This document shows, one piece after another, positions 49,252 through 62,634 of a stretch of DNA of 64,000 bases. The stretch is taken from the NCBI GenBank assembly GCA_029547225.1, contig JAKPPS010000056.1, forward strand, positions 25,356 to 89,355, in the 5' to 3' direction. Every line of letters begins with the position of its first letter. The first letter of the stretch is position 1. The position numbers and the translations under genes were made by a program. The notes beneath the pieces were generated by a model. It searched no databases. It was not told the DNA's origin and was given only the letters and a program-made list of their open reading frames with translations. The DNA comes from a bacterium (GTDB taxonomy: Bacteria; Patescibacteriota; Dojkabacteria; SC72; WJKH01).

Positions 49252-51111
49252 TTAATCTTTCGATACTCTCATAACCTCTTCTATAGTAGTTACTCCCTCG
49301 AGAGCTTTCAAGTACCCATCTTGTTTCATTAGTATCATGCCATTTTTTACACCTTCATTTTCAATATCCGAAGCCGTACTATTATCCATCATCATCCTAC
49401 CCATTGATTCCGTTATCGACATGACTTCAAAAATACCAATACGACCGGAATATCCAGTTCCATTACATCTATCACAGCCCTTACCCTTATAGAGATACAA
49501 TATTTGTTTACCGTCTGGAGTTACTTCTGGGCATTTAACATCTGTAGAACCACTTGGACCATCAGTATTTACTGGAGCTCCTGCCATAACAGCACTACCT
49601 ACAGTGTTTCCAATTTTCGATTTTTCGGCCTTACAGAAATCCGTAGCGTATTTATAAATATCAAAATTCTGCAGATTAGAAAGCACCTTCTTTATATCCA
49701 TTATCTCCGCCTCAGTTGCAGGTATAGCTTCACGACAGTATGGACAAATACGTCTGGGCAATCTTTGTGCAACAACAAGACGCAATGTCGAAGCCAATAG
49801 ATACGGTTCAATACCCATATCTATAAGTCTCGGTACTGCCGTCGCCGCACTATTTGTGTGAAGAGTTGATAAAACTAGGTGTCCAGTCAAAGAAGCTTCT
49901 ACTGCAAGTTGAGCCGTCTCACGATCTCGAATCTCACCAACCATAACGATATTTGGATCTTGCCTCAATATTGAACGAAGTCCGGTAGCAAAAGTCAGAC
50001 CGACATCTGGATTTATCTGAACCTGATTCACACCTGGAACCCGTATTTCAACAGGATTTTCAAGGGTAATAATATTTACCTTTGGATCATTTAATTTTCC
50101 CAAAGTACCTGCTAAAGTACGAGTCTTACCACTACCAGTAGGGCCCGTAATTAATATGATGCCATTTGTAGCTCTTATCGAATCCATATATATTTTATAA
50201 CCATTACCTCGTAAACCAGATGTTTCAAGAGCTGGAACTTCATTTCCAGATTCGAGTATACGCATAACTATTTTTTCTCCATACACGGTCGGTAGAGTGG
50301 AAACACGAATATCAACCTTTCGATCTCCGGATTTTAAAGTAATCCTACCATCTTGAGGTATTCGCTTTTCATCAATTTTAAGATCAGCCATGATTTTGAT
50401 TCTAGATATAACCGAGCTTGTTAAATGTTTTGGTAATGCCAATTTCTCCGTCAGAATACCATGTATCCTAAGTCGTACTCGCAATTTACCCTCCATCGGT
50501 TCGATATGAATATCTGAAGCATTTGATTTGATTGCAAATTGAAAAATCGAATTTACAATCCTCGCAATAGGAGCATTCTGCAACGATACATCATCAAGTG
50601 AGCTTGCACTTGTACTATCTAATTCCGTTACTGGCCCTTCAATATCCTCAAGAGCTTCGCTAACCTCTGTAGAAATTACTTCACCAGATTTCCTCTCCAA
50701 AATTGCATTTACTGCTTTTTGAGTTGAAATATGAACCACCAGGCGCGAACCAAGAGGCAACATATGCTCGATTGCCTGAATAGCCTGGATATCAAATGGA
50801 TCTACCATCGCAATTTTAATTTCATTACCTTCCTGTGAAAAAGGTACAGCATTGTAGGTCTTCAAACTATCGACTTTAATTAAGCCGAATACTGTATCTG
50901 GAATATTAATATTTAATAAATCAGCATAAGGGATATTAAATAGCTCTGATTTTACCTGAGCAAGTACGATGTCATCAACAATACCCTGTGACAACAAGAG
51001 TTGTTCTTCGCCTTGACTTGACTTAATAAGATCTACGCGAAGTTTATCCGCGGTGATTTTATCAATTTTGCCTTGTTTTTCAAGAAAATCTATTATTTTT
51101 GTGTTTCCCAT
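49252..51111 (-). CDS. pilB: Type IV pilus assembly ATPase PilB (GspE family)
   Basis: ASDIHIEP, PQDGR, GPTGSGKT, LRQDPNIVMVGEIRD, CPYC...CDRC and GYSGRIGIFE motifs. Confidence 0.95.
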   Translation of the reverse strand: MGNTKIIDFLEKQGKIDKITADKLRVDLIKSSQGEEQLLLSQGIVDDIVLAQVKSELFNIPYADLLNINIPDTVFGLIKVDSLKTYNAVPFSQEGNEIKIAMVDPFDIQAIQAIEHMLPLGSRLVVHISTQKAVNAILERKSGEVISTEVSEALEDIEGPVTELDSTSASSLDDVSLQNAPIARIVNSIFQFAIKSNASDIHIEPMEGKLRVRLRIHGILTEKLALPKHLTSSVISRIKIMADLKIDEKRIPQDGRITLKSGDRKVDIRVSTLPTVYGEKIVMRILESGNEVPALETSGLRGNGYKIYMDSIRATNGIILITGPTGSGKTRTLAGTLGKLNDPKVNIITLENPVEIRVPGVNQVQINPDVGLTFATGLRSILRQDPNIVMVGEIRDRETAQLAVEASLTGHLVLSTLHTNSAATAVPRLIDMGIEPYLLASTLRLVVAQRLPRRICPYCREAIPATEAEIMDIKKVLSNLQNFDIYKYATDFCKAEKSKIGNTVGSAVMAGAPVNTDGPSGSTDVKCPEVTPDGKQILYLYKGKGCDRCNGTGYSGRIGIFEVMSITESMGRMMMDNSTASDIENEGVKNGMILMKQDGYLKALEGVTTIEEVMRVSKD

Positions 51112-51559
51112 GGGCAGTGGATGTAAAATGAAAACTACTACAGTTCTTTTAAGATATTATCACAAACTTTATTCAAAAGGAAACACTTTCCCCGACTTAT
51201 AGTGTAATTTTCGTGATAATATATTGTTTAGTAAGAAGAAGATGATTCTTTGACTACCATTTCTGTTTTTACCGAATTCTTTAATGGAATTATTACCGAA
51301 TTTAGGGCACTTTTTTCATGATTTTATTTCTGAATTTAATATATGTGTAGTATATCCTATTATGACAATCTAAAAAGGGGTTTTGAGCGACGCATTTCTG
51401 CCTTAAAACCTAATTCTTTTCATAATAGAATTGAAGAATCACTTAACAATCCAGCTTAAGTACATTGTGAGAAAAATTCGAAAAATGATGATACAATGAT
51501 TCCTGACACAAAAAAATCTTTTAGCAATCAAGTATAAAATATAAATATGATTCCTTAAT

Positions 51560-52618
51560 ATGACAATACTAATAATCGATTCAGTTAAAGAAAACCGAGA
51601 GCGATATCTTTTTAAATTGCTTAAGAGATATACACAAAGAAAATTTACCTCGCTCCAGGAAGCTATGATTTGTCCCGACATACACATACTAAGCAGCGCA
51701 AATGGCAACTCAATAAGCATTGAACAAGTCAATAAACTTAACAGTGAGATGATATATAAGCCTTTCGAATTAGCAGTACAAGTTGGAGTTATTATAGATA
51801 GTCAACTCCTTACGATTGAAGCTCAGAATGCTTTATTAAAATCACTCGAAGATCATAGCGACAAAACAATATATATCTTACTAGTCAATAATGAATTTAA
51901 TCTGCTGGAGACAATCGTATCGAGATGCAAAAAGTATTATGCTAACAGAAGAAAAAAAGGTAATAGGGATAATACACGTTTGCCCAAAGATTTAGAGAAT
52001 ATAAGTAGTCAAGAAGAGCCTTCAAAATCAATTAGAAACGACGAGATTAAAAGTATCAATAACCAGTACAATAGCTCAGAGTTCGTCGAGGATGAAGAGG
52101 AAACAGAGCAGAGAGCACAAATAAAAGCACTTAGCTTTGCACTTCTTTCGCAGAATCTACTTAAAAGTTTTCAAAGTATTATTCAAATAATAGATATTGA
52201 AAAAGAAGAAAAGGAGAAATTATTCATAAACGCAATACTATACAATTTGATGTCCAATTATAAAGCGATTTATGAAAGTATCGACAACTCTGACGAAATA
52301 AACGTGATAATTGAAAACATTGATAAAAAAATCGCTCGACTTGTTTTTCCAGCAGACACGCAAGATGAACAAGGCAGTTTGGCAAAACCATTTCAAGGCA
52401 AGCCAGAAGAAGAGAAAACAATTTTACATTTACTATGCAATGAAGTTACTAAACAAAAAATCTCTACACAAAATAGTGCTATTATGAACAGAATACGAGC
52501 AAGCATTGAAGCAATTGAGTTTGCTCGTAACCAAATTGAGGCGAGTACAAACAAGAAATTGGTACTTGAAAATATGATCTTAAAATTGCGCCGTTTAGCC
52601 GACTCAGATTTGAAATAA
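51560..52618 (+). CDS. holB: DNA polymerase III delta-prime-like protein (divergent)
   Basis: ISIEQV, LTIEAQNALLKSLE and LLETIVSRC motifs; C-terminal NKKLVLE. Confidence 0.7.
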   Translation: MTILIIDSVKENRERYLFKLLKRYTQRKFTSLQEAMICPDIHILSSANGNSISIEQVNKLNSEMIYKPFELAVQVGVIIDSQLLTIEAQNALLKSLEDHSDKTIYILLVNNEFNLLETIVSRCKKYYANRRKKGNRDNTRLPKDLENISSQEEPSKSIRNDEIKSINNQYNSSEFVEDEEETEQRAQIKALSFALLSQNLLKSFQSIIQIIDIEKEEKEKLFINAILYNLMSNYKAIYESIDNSDEINVIIENIDKKIARLVFPADTQDEQGSLAKPFQGKPEEEKTILHLLCNEVTKQKISTQNSAIMNRIRASIEAIEFARNQIEASTNKKLVLENMILKLRRLADSDLK

Positions 52619-52666
52619 TCAATAAAACAAAGTAAAATATTATTAGCTAAATTAATACAATTTACT

Positions 52667-53773
52667 ATGAATTATCAAGAGCTAAAAGAGAAACTCAATT
52701 TAGAAAATATAAAGTATGCGGAGAACTACGAACTTGCACCCATGACAACATTAAAAATAGGTGGGCCCGCTAGATTATATATTGAATTAAACGACATACC
52801 TTCTGCTCAAAAAACCATAAAACTTGTAAGTGAAAGTGGTCTTCCGGTCTTCTTTTTGGGCGGTGGAAGTAATCTATTAATCGCTGATGAAGGTTTTGAC
52901 GGTATCGTAATTAAAAATAAAATTGAAGGTATTTCGATTTTAAATGATAGTGGAAATTCTAACGATTTAAAAGTTGATAATGTAGAGCAACAAGAAAAAG
53001 AGGAACAAAAAAAGCTTGAAGCAAGACTAATGCAAGTTGAGACGGATAAGTATTTATCATTTGATGCGCTCAACTATGATGAATCCGACAAAGAGCATAT
53101 CTATGTGAAAGTCTATAGTGGGACACTATTATCATATACAATCGATCAACTTATAAAAAATGGAATTACGGGTCTACAGTGGTTTGCAGGGATCCCCGGT
53201 ACTATTGGTGGAGCAGTATTTAATAATATCCATGGCGGTACTTATTATTTAAGTCAGTATCTCGCAGAAATAGAGATTATTGACAATAATGGAGATATTA
53301 AAGTATTGAAAGTCAATGATTTAGACTTAGATTATGATTATTCAAAACTTCAAGAAAGTAAGAGTTTCATTTTGAGTGCAAAACTCAAACTCTATAAGGG
53401 TGATAAGGAGAAAGCAAAAGATACGGCAATAAAATGGGCACAATCAAAAGTAAGAGTACAACCATATAATTCTGCCGGAAGTAGTTTTAAAAATATTACC
53501 AAAGAAGAGGCATTAAAAAACAATTTCTTAAGTAATGGATGGGGATACATCATTGAAAAAGAACTCGATCTTAAAGGATTTAAATATAATGGAGCTCAAA
53601 TCTCAACAAAACACGCTGCATTTGTTGAAAACTTAGGCTCAGCAAAAGCAGAAGATGTTCTTTATCTTTTTGATTTGATTTACGACAAGGCAAAAGAGAA
53701 ATATAACCTGACACCGAAATCGGAAATTTTCTTTCTTGGATTTCCTCTTGAGCGAATAAAGAAATTTCTTTAG
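52667..53773 (+). CDS. murB: UDP-N-acetylenolpyruvoylglucosamine reductase
   Basis: TTLKIGGPA, LGGGSNLL, GIPGTIGGA, SAGSSFKN and ISTKHAAF motifs. Confidence 0.94.
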   Translation: MNYQELKEKLNLENIKYAENYELAPMTTLKIGGPARLYIELNDIPSAQKTIKLVSESGLPVFFLGGGSNLLIADEGFDGIVIKNKIEGISILNDSGNSNDLKVDNVEQQEKEEQKKLEARLMQVETDKYLSFDALNYDESDKEHIYVKVYSGTLLSYTIDQLIKNGITGLQWFAGIPGTIGGAVFNNIHGGTYYLSQYLAEIEIIDNNGDIKVLKVNDLDLDYDYSKLQESKSFILSAKLKLYKGDKEKAKDTAIKWAQSKVRVQPYNSAGSSFKNITKEEALKNNFLSNGWGYIIEKELDLKGFKYNGAQISTKHAAFVENLGSAKAEDVLYLFDLIYDKAKEKYNLTPKSEIFFLGFPLERIKKFL

Positions 53774-53892
53774 GTCTATTTGTGAAATTGATCACATAAC
53801 AATTACCTAAAGTTTCTATTACTTGGTTACATACAATTAGATATAATTTTCTAACAAAAAGCGTAATAAGACTTTGTAAACATTGATTTGAT

Positions 53893-53921
53893 TTGAATAA
53901 ATCTTAAAAACAAAGTACAAT
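53893..53921 (+). promoter_or_regulatory. Sigma70-type promoter upstream of gyrB
   Basis: TTGAAT-17 nt-TACAAT. Confidence 0.55.
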
Positions 53922-54073
53922 ATCACTTGCTAGAAATATGATACCAGAGAAACACTGTATAATAGCTAATTTCTCTAAAGTTTCACATCAGGTTTCGCAA
54001 GCATATTAATATTTAATTGGACGTAGTATCAAGCACTCGTAACAATTATTACAAATAAAAATATATAAGATAA

Positions 54074-56185
<2,112 letters not shown>

Positions 56186-57280
56186 ATGCTTTGCCAATAC
56201 CCGCAAGAGGCGGTAAACAAATATTACCAAGATATACAATCTCCGATGTATATCGGGATTGATGGCACATATCTTACAGAGCAAACACAAAATTTACTCA
56301 ATGAGGTAAGACCTGCAGGAGTAATTTTAGTATCGAGCAATATAAGTGACTTTGCGCAAACTAAATCACTCATAAAATCTATTAAAGATTATGGAAAAAA
56401 CTTAGGCATAGATATCAAAATCGCAACTGATGAAGAAGGGAGTTTAGTGGCAAGATTAAAAAGTCTACCAGAATATCCTACATATACCTCCCCGGGTATA
56501 TATGCACAATCATATTACCCCGTATGTGCTGATCAAATTGCCAACGAGATAATGCCTGACTGTCAATATGAAATGACTAAAGTTGAAACAATCAATCCGT
56601 ATAATCACAAGATATTGACAACTTATATACCTACAGGGGTATATCAAGAAGAGCTTGCCCATGCAGAGTTTATGCGTGAATTAGGTATAGATATAAACTT
56701 CGCTCCTGTGGCTGACATAGCATATGATCAAGATTCAATAATGATCAGTAGAGCTTTAGGATACGATGTTACACAAAGTAGTGTCAATGTAGGACAATAT
56801 GTTTCAGCCGAGAGAAGTGCAAGTATTATGACAACATTAAAACATTTTCCGGGACATGGGAGGACTAACTATGACACCCATTTCCAAATAGCACCAATAC
56901 ATCTTGATTATATAACTTGGCTTGAAACCGACGCTAAACCTTTTAACAAAGGGATAGAGAAGGGTAGTGAATATATAATGACAGGACATCTGATATACCC
57001 AGAGATAGATAACAATAGTGCTTCCGTTTCAGCAAAATGGATAAAAGAGATCCTAAGGAAAGATTTAGATTACAAAGGTTGGATAATTACTGATGATATA
57101 AAAATGCAAGGTATAACGAAATCAGATGGTTTTGTACAAGCAAGTACTGCTAATTGGGATAACAGATATTATCCTGATATGATAAAGCAATCTCTCAATG
57201 CCGGGAATAATTATGTTATTTTGATATTAAGCGAAAGTGATATGTTAGATGTCTGGCAAGTTACTCAATCCTTAATGTAA
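56186..57280 (+). CDS. GH3 beta-N-acetylhexosaminidase (NagZ-like)
   Basis: ATDEEG, NFAPVAD, KHFPGHG...DTH, IMTGH and IITDD motifs. Confidence 0.88.
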   Translation: MLCQYPQEAVNKYYQDIQSPMYIGIDGTYLTEQTQNLLNEVRPAGVILVSSNISDFAQTKSLIKSIKDYGKNLGIDIKIATDEEGSLVARLKSLPEYPTYTSPGIYAQSYYPVCADQIANEIMPDCQYEMTKVETINPYNHKILTTYIPTGVYQEELAHAEFMRELGIDINFAPVADIAYDQDSIMISRALGYDVTQSSVNVGQYVSAERSASIMTTLKHFPGHGRTNYDTHFQIAPIHLDYITWLETDAKPFNKGIEKGSEYIMTGHLIYPEIDNNSASVSAKWIKEILRKDLDYKGWIITDDIKMQGITKSDGFVQASTANWDNRYYPDMIKQSLNAGNNYVILILSESDMLDVWQVTQSLM

Positions 57281-57321
57281 CAATATTTATTTTATCTAAT
57301 TTTCTTGATATACTAAACAAT

Positions 57322-60300
57322 ATGGAAATAAATCACAAAACAATAAGAATCTCGGCCCAAAAAGATGACCAGATTGTAAACAATACATTAGATATTGAAA
57401 ACACAGAGGATATTGAAAAAAACCAAACTGCCAACGATGCAGAAACTGGACTAAGAAAAGAGATTCTCAATCGTGCAATGGATAGTACAGACTCAGAGGA
57501 AAAAGCTGATAGTGTTAGCGACGATAACAGCAATGGAGATGACGGAAATATAAAAGACGGAAGCATAAATAATGACGATGGAGATGACAATGGCACAATA
57601 AACAGTGCCAACATAGAAACTCAGATTGATCCTGTAGAAAAAGGTGATGTAACCAATGAAGATTTGACAGACGACCTAGTACAGCTTTCATTCACACCAG
57701 GTGAGATTATAAATCGTTCAATAGCGGAGGAAATGCGCAAAAATTATCTCGACTATTCTATGTCCGTTATAGTTTCTAGAGCTTTACCAGATGTAAAAGA
57801 TGGTCTCAAACCATCTCAGCGTAGGATTTTAGTTGCCATGAACGATCTTAATCTTACTCCAAGCGCCCACTTCAGGAAATCAGCAAAAATCGCTGGAGAT
57901 ACAACAGGTAACTACCACCCACATGGTGACCAAGTTATATATCCAACTATGGTTAAATTGGCTCAAGATTTCTCTGTACGATACACATTGGTTAATGGAC
58001 AAGGAAACTTTGGTTCGATCGATGGAGATATGCCAGCAGCAATGCGTTACACTGAAGCTAAAATGACGAAGATAACCCTCGAAATGCTTCGAGATCTTGA
58101 TAAAGGTACAGTAACTTTCTCTCCAAACTATGATGCAACTCGAGTTGAACCAAATTATTTGCCAACTCTCTTTCCAAATCTGATTTGTAATGGAAGCGAT
58201 GGTATCGCTGTAGGTATGGCAACAAAAATACCTGCTCATAACCTTGGTGAAGTTGTAGACGCACTTCGCGCAATGATCGAGCAAGGAAACAAATGGAAGG
58301 GTAAAGCTATCTACAATTCATTGAGATTAGCACGAGAAGGAAATGAAATAATACCAAAGGTTTTAAACTCTACACCCGCTGATTTCTATGAAAATTATGT
58401 CCCAGAAAATGAATTGGACAGAGAAGCAAAAGTTGAACAAATCAAATCACAGTTACATGATGAGAATGGCGAAGAGGCTGTAAAACTATACCCTGAATTT
58501 GAGACAGACCTTACAAACCAAGATATTATGAAATATATTCCAGGGCCAGATTTTCCAACAGGCGGTATTATTTACGATAAGGCTGAGATATTAAATGCTT
58601 ACACAACAGGACGAGGCAGGATACTTACTCGAGCTCGAGCTTCGATAGAAGAAGGAAAGGGCGGAAGATTCCATATTATTGTTACAGAAATTCCTTACCA
58701 GGTAAATAAATCTGTGCTTATCACAAACATTGCAGATCTTGTAAAAGATAAACGCATAGAGGGTATCGCAGATATCAGAGATGAATCAAACCGAGAAGGC
58801 ATGCGTATAGTTATTATCCTCAAAAAGGATGTACAACCGAAAGTAATTTTGAACAAGTTGTACAAGTATTCTGCTTTGCAAAATGCATTTAATGCAAACA
58901 TGATTTCTCTCGTTGACGGAGAGCCAGAATTATTGAGCATGACAAGGATGCTTGAATTATTCTTAGGCCACAGATTAGCTGTAGTGATAAGAAGATATGA
59001 GTTTGAATTGGCACAAAATCGCTATGAAGGGCATATTTTGGCAGGACTACTTAAAGCACTTGATCTACTTGACGAGATTATTGCTATGATAAGAGCTTCG
59101 AAAACGCAAGAAGATGCAAAAACAAACCTTATCTCGAAATTTGAATTTACTGAAGTACAAGCCCAAGCAATTTTAGAAATGCAGTTGCGTAAACTTGCTG
59201 CACTAGAACGACAGAAACTTGAAGATCGTAACAAAGAAATTTTAGCAGCAATTGAAAGTCATAATAAAATATTAAGCGACCAGGCAGAAATATTAAAGGT
59301 AGTTGATCAAGAATTGGCATTGCTCAAAGAGAAACATGGCGATCCGAGAAGGACAAAAGTTGTAGCTGGCAAAGTTGATGATATTTCTGAAGAGGATACT
59401 GTAGCTTCTGAAGAAACATTTATCAACATCAGTCGATCAGGATACATCAAACGATTATCACCAGACACCTATCGAGTACAAAAAAGAGGTGGCAAGGGGG
59501 TTATTGGAGCTACTACAAAAGAAGACGATTACATCCAACATGCTCTTTCATGCAATACTCATGATGAACTATTCTTGTTTACAAACAAAGGTAAGGTCTT
59601 TAACATCAAGGCTTACCAGATACCAGAATCTAGTCGTACTGCAAAAGGTATCCCGATAGTCAATCTTGTCCAGATAGAGCAGGGTGAGATAGTAACTGGA
59701 GTACTTAATAAAGATAGCAAGAGCCTAGATAAAGACTCAAAGAAGCCGAAATATCTATTTATGGCTACGGAAAAAGGTGTTGTCAAGAAAACAGAGCTTA
59801 CTGAGTTTGGAAACATCAGAGCTAGCGGCCTTATTGCAATAAAACTTGATCCAGGTGATGAGTCAAAATGGGTTGCAACAACAAGTGGAGAAGACGATAT
59901 TATCTTGATAACCAAAAAAGGAAAATGCATAAGATTTAGTGAAGCAGATGTAAGACCAATGGGCAGAAATACTCGAGGCGTTACAGGTATCAAATTCAAA
60001 TCTTCAGATGATTGCGTGATTTCTATGAGCAAAATCGAGGCAAAAGAAGTAGAAGATCGCAAAGTTTTGACAATATCTGAAAATGCTTTCGGTAAAACAA
60101 CTTCATTAAGTAATTATGAAAAGCAACGAAGAGGTGGTACAGGATTATTTACATTTAGAGTGACGCCAAAGACAGGAAATCTAGTAGTCACACGCGTAAT
60201 CGATCCTAGTGACCCAGAAATAGTCGTTATGTCAACTCGAGGACAAGTTATCAGAGCAGAGTTAAAAGCAATACCTGACTATGTAAATCGACAAACTTCT

Positions 60301-60399
60301 GGTGTACGTATTATGAATATGCATGAAGGTGACACCGTTGCTGCAATTGCAATATTACCTCCAACTCAGGAAGATGAATCACCTATCAGTGAAGGATAA
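57322..60399 (+). CDS. gyrA: DNA gyrase subunit A
   Basis: RALPDVKDGLKP, YHPHGD, AAMRYTE (catalytic Tyr) and GyrA-box QKRGGKG. Confidence 0.96.
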   Translation: MEINHKTIRISAQKDDQIVNNTLDIENTEDIEKNQTANDAETGLRKEILNRAMDSTDSEEKADSVSDDNSNGDDGNIKDGSINNDDGDDNGTINSANIETQIDPVEKGDVTNEDLTDDLVQLSFTPGEIINRSIAEEMRKNYLDYSMSVIVSRALPDVKDGLKPSQRRILVAMNDLNLTPSAHFRKSAKIAGDTTGNYHPHGDQVIYPTMVKLAQDFSVRYTLVNGQGNFGSIDGDMPAAMRYTEAKMTKITLEMLRDLDKGTVTFSPNYDATRVEPNYLPTLFPNLICNGSDGIAVGMATKIPAHNLGEVVDALRAMIEQGNKWKGKAIYNSLRLAREGNEIIPKVLNSTPADFYENYVPENELDREAKVEQIKSQLHDENGEEAVKLYPEFETDLTNQDIMKYIPGPDFPTGGIIYDKAEILNAYTTGRGRILTRARASIEEGKGGRFHIIVTEIPYQVNKSVLITNIADLVKDKRIEGIADIRDESNREGMRIVIILKKDVQPKVILNKLYKYSALQNAFNANMISLVDGEPELLSMTRMLELFLGHRLAVVIRRYEFELAQNRYEGHILAGLLKALDLLDEIIAMIRASKTQEDAKTNLISKFEFTEVQAQAILEMQLRKLAALERQKLEDRNKEILAAIESHNKILSDQAEILKVVDQELALLKEKHGDPRRTKVVAGKVDDISEEDTVASEETFINISRSGYIKRLSPDTYRVQKRGGKGVIGATTKEDDYIQHALSCNTHDELFLFTNKGKVFNIKAYQIPESSRTAKGIPIVNLVQIEQGEIVTGVLNKDSKSLDKDSKKPKYLFMATEKGVVKKTELTEFGNIRASGLIAIKLDPGDESKWVATTSGEDDIILITKKGKCIRFSEADVRPMGRNTRGVTGIKFKSSDDCVISMSKIEAKEVEDRKVLTISENAFGKTTSLSNYEKQRRGGTGLFTFRVTPKTGNLVVTRVIDPSDPEIVVMSTRGQVIRAELKAIPDYVNRQTSGVRIMNMHEGDTVAAIAILPPTQEDESPISEG

Positions 60400-60494
60400 A
60401 TTGCATAAAATGGTAATGGTAAACTAGCAAAGGTATTTCGAAAGATAGGAGAAGTCCAGGCTATTAAAAAATGTGCAGAATATTGGTGCTATGT

Positions 60495-60555
60495 AAAGCG
60501 ATTTTATTGCAATGGTACAAGATAATGCCACAGTGACGGCATGGTTACATAAAAA
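60495..60555 (-). repeat. Dispersed intergenic repeat, copy D
   Basis: AAAGCGATTTTATTGCAATGG (60495-60515), inverted relative to copy C. Confidence 0.55.
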
Positions 60556-60601
60556 TTGGTACATATATAGGTACATAGATGAATTTATTGTAAAATAGGT
60601 T

Positions 60602-61632
60602 ATGGACAACAGTACTTCAAGACATTCTGCCGGATTAATTCGTAACATCATCGTATCAATGATACTTATTTCTGCTATTTTGGCATGTATAACGATAATT
60701 ATTAACAATACAATTCCTGATTCTGTAGAGGGTGAGGACAAACTTAGTTATTCCGTAGATAGCTTTAAAAGTAACGCGACATATATTTTTGCGTATGATA
60801 AATATGTTGAACTAGAAGAGCAGAAATCCTTGTCAAACAAGGAGGATGTAAAAGAGTCAAATGATGAACCAATCGAAGATATTAATCCTGATAGTGATAG
60901 TACTGACATCATTGACGAAGAGAAAGCAACTTCAGATCCATTCACTAAAACGATTAGCAGTCTTCCTTCTGATCCAGTAGCGCAAGAAAAGGCGGCTCAA
61001 TACCAGCCGACATCAAATTGGTGGAGTTATCCAGCCAATATTTATCAGACAACTCGAAATGGCGATGATCTACTGGTATTAGTTAATAAGCAATATAGGT
61101 TAGATTCAGGATATTATCCAAGCGATCTAGTAGATCTGGGACAAACTGGTATACCTGATAGCGGAGGCAAACAGGGTAGGGCAATTATGATCACTCAACT
61201 TACTCAGATGTATAACGATGCTCAAGCTGCCGGGATAAATCTTTCAATACTTTCAGGCTTCAGATCTTATGATACACAGGTTGTGACTTACAATTATTGG
61301 GTCAGCTACAATGGCGAGATATTGATTATACTGATACTATTTCAGCTCGCCCTGGTCACAGTCAGCATCAACTTGGGACTGCGATTGATTTTGGTGTTTA
61401 TGAAGATGGATACTTGCAGATGTGGCAAGATTTTAATGACTCTAGAGCTGCTAATTGGCTAGCTCAAAACGCATGGAAATATGGTTTCGCTCTGTCTTTC
61501 CCATACGGCGCTGAATCTACTACTGGTTTTGCATATGAGGGCTGGCATTTCAGATTTATTGGTGTCGATAACGCTGCTAATTGGTACGCTTCTGGTCTTT
61601 TGTTTGAAGTCTGGTTAAGAGGGGTGAATTAA
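60602..61632 (+). pseudogene. VanY/M15B D-Ala-D-Ala carboxypeptidase split by a one-base frameshift near 61316 (pseudogene or sequence error)
   Basis: Frame 1 has TM, LVLVNKQY, PSDLV and SGFRSY; frame 2 continues SARPGHSQHQLGTAID...YEGWHFRFIG. Confidence 0.82.
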
Positions 61633-61689
61633 GATGATATAATTATTTATAGAAAACATCAGAGTATATAATTGATACCAAACATAAAT

Positions 61690-62634
61690 ATGTACAATTT
61701 AATAGATTCTCAACAGCAACAAAATGCTTTACCCATACCAACAGAGCCGATCGAGGAGGGGACAAAAAGAAAAATTTCTAACATATTATCATCAAGAGAA
61801 AGTCATAGACAAATTCTTGAAGTAGTGATTATCAATGATACTGATGAGCAGGCAGCCTCTCAGCAAGAACAATATTTAGCTCAAGTAAGAAGAATTCTAT
61901 CTTCAAAAGGAGTTGGAAATAATGAAATCGAGTCTTTCGTATCTCAACTTCGGGAGATAATCAGTGCAGTATTTGTAGAACAAGATGCAGAGAAAATCCG
62001 AGGATTGTTAGATCAAAAAATCGAATTAATTAAATACATACCACTGGAGATACTCTTGCTGTTTGCTGCAACCTGTATAAATACAGATATTAAAGGTTTT
62101 TTACTTTCAAATTCAGATGAAAACAACAATAATCAAGACAATACAGCCGAAGTTAGAGATTACATGAGCAGGATGACAAAGATAATCGATCTTTTTTCTG
62201 ACGAAACTGGCCGACCAAGAAATATTAATATTGAGTTGATAAATTTATTGCTCGCCTCCATAGCTACTAATATGGAGGCACAATTTTTATTTATTTTCAA
62301 TTGTTTAAATCCAGGATTAGCAACATATAGCCTTCAATCCCAAGATAATTTTAATATGAATACTTCATCATCTGATGCTAATCCTATTCGCTTAACAAGA
62401 ATTACTATGCTTGGCAAGATGAAAGCCATGCTTGAGCAATGCGTAGGTACAATAGATATAAATCGAGTAAAAAAATTTTTGATTTCGCCATTGGCAGAAG
62501 AATTAGGATTATACGTATATGAAGGTTATAACACTGGGATAATCGAATTATTAAAAGTCTTCCAAGCTTTGTTATATTATTTCAAAAGAGATCGAATAGC
62601 GCTTTCAGAGGTGGAGCATTCAAGATTAGAATAA
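61690..62634 (+). CDS. Hypothetical protein
   Basis: Long ORF with helical character and no recognised motif; track start 61672 is TTG. Confidence 0.65.
   Translation: MYNLIDSQQQQNALPIPTEPIEEGTKRKISNILSSRESHRQILEVVIINDTDEQAASQQEQYLAQVRRILSSKGVGNNEIESFVSQLREIISAVFVEQDAEKIRGLLDQKIELIKYIPLEILLLFAATCINTDIKGFLLSNSDENNNNQDNTAEVRDYMSRMTKIIDLFSDETGRPRNINIELINLLLASIATNMEAQFLFIFNCLNPGLATYSLQSQDNFNMNTSSSDANPIRLTRITMLGKMKAMLEQCVGTIDINRVKKFLISPLAEELGLYVYEGYNTGIIELLKVFQALLYYFKRDRIALSEVEHSRLE

Noticed and set aside
30053..51111. Type II secretion system interpretation of the locus
   Set aside because: A PilT with AVRNLIRE and pilMNO are present and no secretin is seen, which fits a monoderm type IV pilus.
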